NCBI RefSeq assembly: GCF_000142905.1
Contig: NW_013657629.1
Location: 186,001 to 250,000, forward strand
Source: Thecamonas trahens ATCC 50062
Taxonomy: Eukaryota; Protista; Apusomonadida
Direction of reading: 5' to 3'
DNA length: 64,000 bases
The notes beneath the pieces were generated by a model. That model made no database searches and was not told where the DNA came from. It was given only the letters and a program-made list of their open reading frames with translations. Shown piece by piece: positions 1 to 8,855 of this stretch. Position 1 is the first letter of the stretch. Every line of letters begins with the position of its first letter. The translations under genes were made by a program, and so were the position numbers.

Positions 1-1901
1 GAAGAGAGGCGGTAGACCGAGTCCTTGGAAACGAGCGAGGCGACGGTAGCCATTTCGTCGGCATCCGGGTCCGGCGTCGGCGGGGTGGCGACCGGGAGAC
101 CGAGCTGGGTGGGGAAGACGACCCTACCGGCAAAGGCCGGGAATTGCAGTTGGAGCAGTGGCGCTGTGTTGCGGGCCGGGTTCTGCTGTGCCGTCGCAAT
201 GGGATTGGCCTTTTCAAACGGCCACAGCGCGAGGGTGGCGCCGGCGGTCTTGAGCGTCCCAGCGTAGTCAACGACCGGCACGTTGATGGCGCCCAGTGGG
301 AGTGCGTCCTCGACGGCCTGCCCGCGGACTGCATCGAGCAGGGCGGCCTCCGAGGCGAGAAAGATGGTGACGCAAAGCCGGGCGGCGCGCGGGAGGTCGG
401 CAACGTCAATGTCAAACTTGAGCTCTTCGTCCCAGCGCGGCGAGTCGGCCATAAGTACGCCGGCGGTCCGCTGAACGTCGGCGAGACGGACTGAGCCGTG
501 GTAGAGGGCGGCCTCGACGTAAACAACAAGATCCGAGAGCTTCAGCACCTTTTTGGTCTGCTTCTCGCGCTTCTTGGCCTTTTTCGACTTGGGCTTGGTC
601 GACTCAAACTTGAGGTCCTGAGCGGCGCGAATGCGGACACGGTAGGGGACCTCGATCATGTCCCACATGGAGAGGGTGGTGGAGGCGATCGACGGAGCGA
701 CCATGGCCTTGACCTCCTCGGCACCGAGCGGGTGGATCGAGAGCGCGGTGTGGACAAACTCCTCCGGGTCGGCAGACGGCAGCGCTGAGAGCAGGTCCTC
801 CTCGTCGACCTCGGCAGTGGCCATGGCGAGGGCGTCGTTGCGCGACATGATCGAGATGTGGATGTGGTCGTGGCGGAGGAGGGCGCGGCGGACCGAGTTA
901 AAGTCGGCGAGCGGCGTGTCGCCGACGTAAAAGTCGGCCGAGCCGTAGCACTTGAGCACGTAGTCACGCGGCGAAGCGTCGTCTGGCACGCCGCGGAGCA
1001 CCTTGCGGTGGTTGGTAAAGAGAGAGTCAAGGACCGAGGCCGGGACGTCGAGCAGGTCCCAGGCCATTGTCTTGGACTCCCACGTGTTCATGTAGTGGAA
1101 GCGGACGTAGGCCGGCTCGCCACGCAGCCGCTCGGCGGTCGACGCCGGGAGCGGGAGCGAGCAGATGTCGGGCGCGAGCGCGTATACACCGCCTTTCCGG
1201 TTGCGCATCTCCTCTTTGATGAGCGGGATGACCTGGCGGCGGAAGGCGCGGATCTCCGGGTCGCTCTCAGCCTCGTCCGACATGGCACCGACACGGCCGG
1301 AGAGCATACCGATGCGGGCGTGGATGAGCTGGGCACGGACGTCGAGATCGTACTGGGCCTCGTTGACGAGGCGGACTTCGATGCAGCCGTCGTCCGACTC
1401 GACGCCCTTGAGCACAGCAGGCAGCGCCTGCAGCTGGGCATCCTCGTTGTGTGCTTCTACGGTCTTGCCGCCGATCGAGAGAATAAACTCGTGGGTCGAC
1501 GACAGCCGCGAGCCGAGGGTGGCGCGGTCGACGTTGACATTGGCCCGCTTGACAAACTTGCCAAGCACGCCAAAGATCTGGGCCTTGAGGCCTGCCACGG
1601 TGATGGCAGCAGGCACTGTCAAGACACGTGCATGAGACGGGACTGCTCGGAGCGCAGTGGTGATCACCGGCGAGCACCGCTCTGTGGCCACATCATCAAC
1701 TAGCACCAGAGTCACCTCTGTCAGTGGAACAGAGTCCAGCAGAGAGACCCCCGAGCCCGAGACAGACGAGACTGCCTCCACCAGCGCCAGCCGCTGGCTC
1801 AGAATGTGGTCCTGAAGCTTCTCCGAAGCCCGCACCCTTTCAGCCTCACGAACATTTGCCACACCTCCAGACTTGCGGTACCGCCTAGCCAGAGTCTCCA
1901 A
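1..1901 (-). CDS. Class I phosphatidylinositol 3-kinase catalytic subunit, N-terminal part (Ras-binding and C2 domains); continues past the window start
   Basis: Manual minus-strand translation, not in the ORF track because it runs off the edge. Motifs: ESDPEIRAFRRQV; DYVLKCYGSADFYVGDTPLADFNSVRRAL (PI3K RBD); VYVEAALYHG...PRWDEELKFDIDVADLPRAARLCVTIF...PLGAINVPVVDYAGTLK...LALWPFEKANPIAT (PI3K C2). The frame is open up to a ...cacacatag| acceptor at 1902-1904; upstream exon(s) may lie in or beyond the N gap. Confidence 0.88.
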   Translation of the reverse strand, partial: METLARRYRKSGGVANVREAERVRASEKLQDHILSQRLALVEAVSSVSGSGVSLLDSVPLTEVTLVLVDDVATERCSPVITTALRAVPSHARVLTVPAAITVAGLKAQIFGVLGKFVKRANVNVDRATLGSRLSSTHEFILSIGGKTVEAHNEDAQLQALPAVLKGVESDDGCIEVRLVNEAQYDLDVRAQLIHARIGMLSGRVGAMSDEAESDPEIRAFRRQVIPLIKEEMRNRKGGVYALAPDICSLPLPASTAERLRGEPAYVRFHYMNTWESKTMAWDLLDVPASVLDSLFTNHRKVLRGVPDDASPRDYVLKCYGSADFYVGDTPLADFNSVRRALLRHDHIHISIMSRNDALAMATAEVDEEDLLSALPSADPEEFVHTALSIHPLGAEEVKAMVAPSIASTTLSMWDMIEVPYRVRIRAAQDLKFESTKPKSKKAKKREKQTKKVLKLSDLVVYVEAALYHGSVRLADVQRTAGVLMADSPRWDEELKFDIDVADLPRAARLCVTIFLASEAALLDAVRGQAVEDALPLGAINVPVVDYAGTLKTAGATLALWPFEKANPIATAQQNPARNTAPLLQLQFPAFAGRVVFPTQLGLPVATPPTPDPDADEMATVASLVSKDSVYRLS

Positions 1902-2011
1902 CTATGTGTGTGTGGGGTGAGGGGGAGGAGGGGGGTGAGGGGGGAGGGAGGGACGGATGGAGCGGGAGCTGAAGATTTTAGAACTGAAAGGAAATATAGC
2001 TGGTCGTCATT

Positions 2012-2301
2012 NNNNNNNNNNNNNNNNNNNNNNNNNNNNNNNNNNNNNNNNNNNNNNNNNNNNNNNNNNNNNNNNNNNNNNNNNNNNNNNNNNNNNNNNN
2101 NNNNNNNNNNNNNNNNNNNNNNNNNNNNNNNNNNNNNNNNNNNNNNNNNNNNNNNNNNNNNNNNNNNNNNNNNNNNNNNNNNNNNNNNNNNNNNNNNNNN
2201 NNNNNNNNNNNNNNNNNNNNNNNNNNNNNNNNNNNNNNNNNNNNNNNNNNNNNNNNNNNNNNNNNNNNNNNNNNNNNNNNNNNNNNNNNNNNNNNNNNNN
2301 N
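2012..2301. other. Assembly gap (N run)
   Basis: Run of N. Confidence 1.
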
Positions 2302-2677
2302 TTCCCCCCCTGGCCGAGCGGTCGCTCCGCTGGCATTGATGGCTTGAGAGTTTCCCTCGTATTTACTGCGCTGGCCTTCAGTGCTCGCGCATCGTACCGA
2401 TTCCACACGATCGCGTTGATGAGTGTCGAGAGCACGCCCGTCGTCGACGACGTCATCTAAAAAGGGCGAGTGGGTGGCTTCCTGCTCCTCTGGAGCCAAC
2501 TGTATCAACGCCATCGGAGGTCTTAGCGAAGAAAAGTGCCAGCCGGCCACGAGTGCTGACGACACGTAGTAGTTGCGGCAATAGTTGGGGGAAGCACTTG
2601 GATGAGTCACTGCGCACATCCGGGATTTCATTTGCGACGAGGTGACGAATTCGTCAACGCTTGTCTTACGCAGGGTC

Positions 2678-4324
2678 ATGAGCGGAAATGGTGGAGGGAC
2701 GAAGAGGCAGAGTGGCAAGAGCGGCCAGGGCCAGGGCAAGGGTAAACCCCAGGCGGGGAAGAAGAGGTCGAGCGGGAGGAGGTCGGACCAGCGGACAGTG
2801 TGTGCGGCTCCTCCACCGGCCTGTCCACAGCCGCTCGGAGGTCAGTGTTTCGGCGTGGTCACCGAGTGCAAATCTGGTTTTCTCCGCACAAAGTGTGTCC
2901 ACGGCGAGGTCTTCCACATCAAGCGCGAGCAGAGCGGCGCCAGGGCGAAAGGATCACGCCAGCTGGTCAAGGGTACCCGGATCAGTTTTACGCTCGCCCA
3001 TACGGCGCACAACGGGCACTTTCGCCCCGCCCGCAAGGCACGGCGGATGATTGATGACGGACAGGGTGGGATCATTTCGGAGAGAGGCACCCCGGCGGCA
3101 GCCACGCCTCCGTTTGCTGCGCTGACCGAAGCGGGCAGTGTCCTCCGTGCTGCGTTGGACGACATCATGGGTCGCGCCGCCGCGATGGACGACTACGTAG
3201 CTCGTCGGGAAACGGAGCTGCGGCAGATGGAGGTGGAGGCGGCGAACGAGGTGCGCCGCACCCGCAAAGCCGCTGAGACTTGGGCCGCCGATTTCAAGCG
3301 GCGCGCCGAAGAAGAAGTGGCCAGTTTGCGCGAGATAGCCGAGAGTGAGCGGAGCGCTTTGGTGGCATCAGGGTCGGCCGAAGCCGCAGCAATGCAGGCT
3401 GCTGCCAGTGCCGACGCCAAGAACATCGAGAACGAGCGTGCGGTGTGGGAAGCCGAGAAGCAGAGCATTGCAGAGATCCAGAAGTTTGACTCGGACGTCG
3501 TGACGATCAACGTCGGCGGCCAGGTTTTCTCCACATATCTTTCGACCATCACTACTGGCGCGGCAGCAGATTCAATGCTTGCCGTCCTCTTCTCCGGGCG
3601 GCATTCTGTTGCAACAGACAGTGAGGGTCGCATGTTTCTCGACCAGGATCCCGTCCTTTTTGCCGATCTGCTGACCTTCTTCCGCTCGCCACTCTCGTTC
3701 TCGCTCCCGGACGACAGGCGAACGGCGATCCGACTTCTCTTTCTTGCTCACGAGTATCAAGTCACCGCTCTTTTTGACAGGTTTGCGTGGAGCGAGACCA
3801 AGTCCGCACGGCTGGCAAGCCAACAGCTGACGCGTGGCTTTTGTCAAAGTGGCTTTCAGGTTGTCGGGCAAGGCAGCTCCTTTGTCGCGAAGAAATCAAC
3901 ATCATGGAGTGCAGGAGATGGATTTATCATCGACGCAAAAAGCGTGTCACTTTCGTTCCGGGGAAATGGATATGACTACTATCAATCCCCCAGCAAGATG
4001 AAGGTCGTTGCAACGATGAAGATCAACGACAAGCAGGTGTCGTCAGGAGAAGCTAGTGGATGTTTGGACGGCTCCGAGATCCAGATTCGCTTCATGCCGT
4101 CCACACCAACGATGGTGTCTCACGGTGACACACTGAGTCTTCGCTTTGTGCTCACCGTCAAGAAAGCTGCAAGTGCAGTGGCGGGCTCATCCAGTCACCA
4201 ACACTACATCGGGTACGGTCGCCAACAGAGCATCATCTCAGGGTCACTGAGTTCCTTCCAGTGTAACTTACAGGAGCTGTTTGATCCATCGCTTGCCCCC
4301 ATCATCGACAGCATGGACAAGTAG
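2678..4324 (+). CDS. KCTD-type BTB/POZ (T1) protein with degenerate cold-shock-like N-terminal segment and coiled coil
   Basis: VVTINVGGQVFSTYLSTIT...SMLAVLFSGRH...EGRMFLDQDPVLFADLLTFFR is a KCTD/T1 BTB signature. It is preceded by a Glu/Ala/Arg coiled coil. First ATG at 2678. Confidence 0.8.
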   Translation: MSGNGGGTKRQSGKSGQGQGKGKPQAGKKRSSGRRSDQRTVCAAPPPACPQPLGGQCFGVVTECKSGFLRTKCVHGEVFHIKREQSGARAKGSRQLVKGTRISFTLAHTAHNGHFRPARKARRMIDDGQGGIISERGTPAAATPPFAALTEAGSVLRAALDDIMGRAAAMDDYVARRETELRQMEVEAANEVRRTRKAAETWAADFKRRAEEEVASLREIAESERSALVASGSAEAAAMQAAASADAKNIENERAVWEAEKQSIAEIQKFDSDVVTINVGGQVFSTYLSTITTGAAADSMLAVLFSGRHSVATDSEGRMFLDQDPVLFADLLTFFRSPLSFSLPDDRRTAIRLLFLAHEYQVTALFDRFAWSETKSARLASQQLTRGFCQSGFQVVGQGSSFVAKKSTSWSAGDGFIIDAKSVSLSFRGNGYDYYQSPSKMKVVATMKINDKQVSSGEASGCLDGSEIQIRFMPSTPTMVSHGDTLSLRFVLTVKKAASAVAGSSSHQHYIGYGRQQSIISGSLSSFQCNLQELFDPSLAPIIDSMDK

Positions 4325-4483
4325 CGCAGTCGCGGCGAGTTCCAATCACGGTACGTCACACGTAAAATCACACATTCTCAGCCGCGCGATGATGGGTAGT
4401 AGCCATCTGGCTCTGCTGTCAGCGCCAACAAGCATAATGATCTGGCTGGCAACGCAACACTTGTCTTCTTGTCTCACACCCGA

Positions 4484-5545
4484 ATGTCGAGTACAAGCAC
4501 GTCTCTTCCATCAGCGGGTGCCACACCAATCGCGAACGCCATTACCGCCGTCCGCCTCGCTTGCGCCGCTACCCGATCAGTGGACCCGAGCCCGAGCGGG
4601 ACCCACGCCAAGGACGACGCATCGCCGGTGACCATTGCCGACTACGCGGCGCAAGTGGTTGTCACCGTCGCGCTGCGGAAGAGCGGCTCGGCGCTACCTA
4701 TCATGGGTGAGGAGAACGCCGACGATCTCCGCGGAGCCCATGCCGATCTTGTCCCGCGCATCCGCGCCGTCGCCAACGCGGTCCTTGAGCCTGCGCTTGG
4801 CGCCGGTCTCGCCGACGACGCCGAGGTGCTTGCGGTGCTTGACGAGGCCGACGCCGCTGGCGGGCCGGACGCTGTCTTCTGGGTCCTCGACCCCATTGAT
4901 GGCTCCAAGGGCTTCCTCCGCGGAGATCAGTACGCGGTCTGCCTCGCTCTCGTCGATGCTGGCGAGGTCGTCGCCGCCGCCGTCGGCACGCCGCACCTCC
5001 CCTGCCGCCACGCGCCCTCGGTGGGTGCGGTCTACGCCGCCGCTGTAGGCGTCGACGGCGCATGGGAGCTTCCGCTCGACGTCGAGGCTGCCGCCGCTGC
5101 AGGCTTGGCCTCGCCGTTTGCCGGTGAGCTCGGCTTCCGCGTGGCTGCCGACAGCGGGCTGGCCGACGCCAGCGACGCCGTTGCCGCCGAGTCGTTTGAG
5201 GCGAGCCACACCAACCACGAGTGGTCGGCGGCATTGCTGGCTCGACTGGACAATGCCACGCCGCCGATCCGGATGGACTCGCAGGCCAAGTACGTCCTCG
5301 TCGCCCGCGGTGACGCCGGTGTCTACATCCGCCGCGTGCCCGGTTACGCTGAGAAGCTCTGGGATCACGCCTCGGGCGAATTGCTCGTCACTGCTGCAGG
5401 CGGCATTGTCACCGATCTCCACGGCAAGCCGCTCGACTGGACCCGCGGCCAGCGATTGTCTGAGAACCACGGCGTCCTAGCCTCTGCACCAGGCGTCCAC
5501 GCCGCCTACATCGATGCCTGCCGCACCCTCGATCCGTCGCCGTAG
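4484..5545 (+). CDS. MET22: 3'(2'),5'-bisphosphate nucleotidase (HAL2/MET22/SAL1 family)
   Basis: KDDASPVTIADYAAQ, GEE, FWVLDPIDGSKGFLRGDQYAVCLAL, RMDSQAKY, EKLWDHASG. Confidence 0.93.
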   Translation: MSSTSTSLPSAGATPIANAITAVRLACAATRSVDPSPSGTHAKDDASPVTIADYAAQVVVTVALRKSGSALPIMGEENADDLRGAHADLVPRIRAVANAVLEPALGAGLADDAEVLAVLDEADAAGGPDAVFWVLDPIDGSKGFLRGDQYAVCLALVDAGEVVAAAVGTPHLPCRHAPSVGAVYAAAVGVDGAWELPLDVEAAAAAGLASPFAGELGFRVAADSGLADASDAVAAESFEASHTNHEWSAALLARLDNATPPIRMDSQAKYVLVARGDAGVYIRRVPGYAEKLWDHASGELLVTAAGGIVTDLHGKPLDWTRGQRLSENHGVLASAPGVHAAYIDACRTLDPSP

Positions 5546-5763
5546 TTACATGTCCGATGCAGTACGATCGCCCTCGCGCAACACGTGTCCGACTTCAGAC
5601 GAATGTCTGTGGCTGTAAAATCAGCACCCGCGACAAGGCCGACGTCAGTCCGGGGTTGGTGGCGGGCGAGTGCAGGCGGTGCGGCCGTAGCCCTCGTGCG
5701 CCAACTCGGCACCACCACCACCACCACCACCACAGTCAGCCACACACATCCAACTCTGGCAGC

Positions 5764-7734
5764 ATGGAGGAGGAGAGCCGACTGGCAAACCTGGCGCGTC
5801 TGCTCGGTGGTGAGCGGGTATCCCCTGCTGTTGTTCGCGGTCTTGGCTTCCATGGCCTTGACGTCGAGTCGGAGCTGGTGGTCGATGATGCCTATGTGCC
5901 GACCGGGGCGGAGGCGGGGGCGGGGACTGGGGCGGGGACTGGGGCTGGTGCTGACACAGGACATGAGGTCGCAGGTAGAGCTGGGGCTGGAGCTGGGGCT
6001 GAGACCGGAGCCGAGAACATGATCGATGGCGGTAGCAAGGGTACTACGGACGATGGCGGTGACCGAGTCGAGACTGAGACTGATGATGGCTCTGTGCTCT
6101 CGACAGACAGTGCCGGATTGTACGCCAAGTACGCTGGCCTGCGGCTGAGGGTCTGGCAGGTCGCGCTTGGTGTCCTGCCCGAGGAGACGGCGCGGTGGGG
6201 AGCAGCGGAAGACGAGGCAGCGCGGACGTATCGCGACTTTGTCGATCTGTTCACGCGCGAGGGCGAGTTTGTACGTGAGCGGGGGAGGGGGGGGGGGGGG
6301 GGGGGTATGGGGCATCGAGAGCGAGGCATCGAGGGCAGGAGAGGAAAGTGATAGGATGCGACTCACATGCTGCCCGTGCTACAGCCGCCCGCCGACAGCG
6401 AGAGCGAGGAGTTCACGGTCTACACCCAGATCAGGGCTGACGTGGAGCGGACGTGGCCCAAGGTCCCGTTTTTCCAGGTTGGCGACAGTGGGCTGGGCGA
6501 GGAGGAGGAGCGGTTCCACGACGAGTCGCTGACGCGCATCCTGTGGGTCTATGCCAAGCTCAACTCGGGCATCGCATACGTGCAAGGCATGAACGAGCTA
6601 GTGGCCATGCTCTTGTTTGTGGCGGCGGTTGATACGCCTGAAGGGGCGGCGTCGGCCCGGCCGATGGCCGAGCGTAGCGCGTCGCGTGCGACGGTGACCG
6701 CTGCCGAGCCGCGCGCCTTCTGGCTCTTTACCAACCTCATGTCCGAGATTAAGGAGCTCTTTGTCTCGCAGCTCGACTACTCGGACTCGGGCGTCATGGG
6801 CGCTATCAAGGCCATCGAGGCCGAGCTCCAGTGGTTCGACTTTGAGCTCTTTGAGCACCTGCAGAAGAATCACATTGACCCGCGGTTCTACGCCTTCCGC
6901 TGGCTCACACTGCTCCTCACCCAGGAATTCCCGTTCGCCACCAGCCTCCGGCTCTGGGACGCGCTCTTCTGCGACGGGCACCGCTTTGCCTTTCTTCGCC
7001 ACTTTTGCGTCGCCATGCTCATCGCCATCCGCGCGCGGCTGCTGGACGCTGAGTTTGCAGCCATGGTCTCGCTCCTCCAGCACTACCCGCCCGAGGACGA
7101 GGTCCCGTTTGCGGTCCTCTTTGAGCTCGCTTGCTCCATCGCTGACCGCTCGTACCGCTCGCTCGCAACCTACGACAAGGTCTGCGAAGGGCCGCTCGAC
7201 AGGCAAATGGGCACCGTCGAGTGGGTCCCGTTCTGGGCCGTCCTCGCCCTCGCACCGTCGCGAGACCGTGCCACCATCTTTCTGTACAAGGAAAAGTCCA
7301 AGACCGCCATCGACGAAGCCGTCGATCTCCGCGGTGCCACGCTCGAGTCGCTCACCGTCCGCCAACGCAACACGTCCAAGGGCGCTCGCCAGGCTTTTCG
7401 GCTCGCTACCACCCGTGGCAACCTCTACCTCGGCACTTTTAACCACCTTTCACCGCGTCTCGAGTGGATGGCCGCCTTTGCCCGTGTTCTCGACACCGTC
7501 ACCGCCCTTGTCGACGCCCGCGACGCCAGCGCCGTCTTTGACATTTGCGCCTGGGACGCCACCTACGGCATTGCACCACCTCGCGTCGAGTCTGACCCGA
7601 CCTCGCCGCTCGCAGACAGCCAGCTCGACGCATACTACGACGACCGCGCGCTGTGGGACGCCCAGCTCGCGCACTGGCCGCTCCGCGCCTCCGCTGCTGC
7701 GGCTGCGGCTGCCTCGGACGCTGCGCCTCGATAG
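5764..7734 (+). CDS. TBC1D13-like Rab GTPase-activating protein with C-terminal PH domain; exons 5764-6270 and 6385-7734
   Basis: LRLRVWQVALGVLP, QIRADVERT, YVQGMNEL, FYAFRWLTLLLTQEF, LRLWDALF. Phase-0 intron 6271-6384 (GTACGT...CTCAC...CAG) joins the two track ORFs in frame. Confidence 0.88.
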
Positions 7735-7741
7735 CATGCCC

Positions 7742-8710
7742 TCACACAAACATCGCCAGCCATGCCTGCGTCCGTGCTGCCCACACTGCGCTAGGCGCCT
7801 TGTCGGCAGTCTGGGCCTCATCCCGCGCAAGCTGCGCCTCGGCTGGCGTCGGGAACGCCGCGAGCTCCGTGCCCGCGCCGCACGCCTCAGCCCGCGCCGC
7901 CACTCCGGCGACGGCGTCTGCCACCACATCAACCGCACCAAGCCTTGCTGCTGCACTCGCCAAAAACCGCACGTGCATCCAAAGCGATTCATGGCGAGGT
8001 GCGTCGTCGAGCCAGAGCCATGCGCGATCCAGTGCTGCCGCCAGCGTTGCCGTGTCAGCATCGTCGGCCAGCAGCTCATCGAGCAGATGCAGGGCCGACG
8101 TGTCATGGAACCGCCCATCAGCAACGTAGCCAGCGACCATCGCCATCGCGCTAGCACGCACTGCCAGGCCGCGGCAGACCCGCCTCGCGTGCGACCAGCA
8201 GTAGTAGTTGCGCGGGTAGAGATCGGCGTAAGTGAGGCAGGCGCCGAGCTCTGCCACCCGAGCATCATCGTCCTCAAGCAGCTCCTTCACCAGCCACCAT
8301 CGATAGGCCCACGCTTCTGAGGACTTGGGATGCTTGCGGAAGACCATGTCCAGCACGTCCGTAACCTCGACGTCTCTCTTGAGCACGCCCGCCGAGATCA
8401 GCCTCCTCCGGACGTTCCACGCTGTTGCGTTGTCTGCATTGATCACAACAGCCACCATCGATGCGAGAACAGCATCATGGTCATCATCGACCCGCAATCG
8501 GCTCGCAGCGCCCTCAGCCAGCAGAGGAATGGTCCAGAACGGCAGCGTGAGGGTAGCCGTGCTCGAATCGATGGCAAAGAGCTGGTCAGCGGAGAGCGAG
8601 GCGAGCTCACCCGCGGGTAGAGGTGAGGTGTGGGCAAAGGCGAAGCTCTGTGGCTGCAACGTGGTCAGTGCGTGGGTAAAGGCGGTGTACACTGCATCGG
8701 TGGTGGCCAT
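7742..8710 (-). CDS. PTAR1: Protein prenyltransferase alpha-subunit repeat protein (PTAR1-like)
   Basis: PPTA repeats: NATAWNVRRRLI, KHPKSSEAWAYRWWL, YPRNYYCWSHARRV, HESLWMHVRFL. Confidence 0.82.
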   Translation of the reverse strand: MATTDAVYTAFTHALTTLQPQSFAFAHTSPLPAGELASLSADQLFAIDSSTATLTLPFWTIPLLAEGAASRLRVDDDHDAVLASMVAVVINADNATAWNVRRRLISAGVLKRDVEVTDVLDMVFRKHPKSSEAWAYRWWLVKELLEDDDARVAELGACLTYADLYPRNYYCWSHARRVCRGLAVRASAMAMVAGYVADGRFHDTSALHLLDELLADDADTATLAAALDRAWLWLDDAPRHESLWMHVRFLASAAARLGAVDVVADAVAGVAARAEACGAGTELAAFPTPAEAQLARDEAQTADKAPSAVWAARTQAWLAMFV

Positions 8711-8855
8711 GTGGGTGGTGGCGGCGGTGGCGGTGGTGGCGCGAGTGGAGTGAGTGGCGGCCCGACCCGTTCGCGCACCCGAGCCAGCCCGCGCGATGAT
8801 GGTGGGCTATGGGGGTGATAAGAGTTTGAAGGCGTTGCAAATCAGAGTGCGCTCG

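Noticed and set aside
2308-2345. tRNA-like TGGCCGAGCGGTC (D-arm / A-box)
   Set aside because: No anticodon arm or GTTCRA T-loop follows
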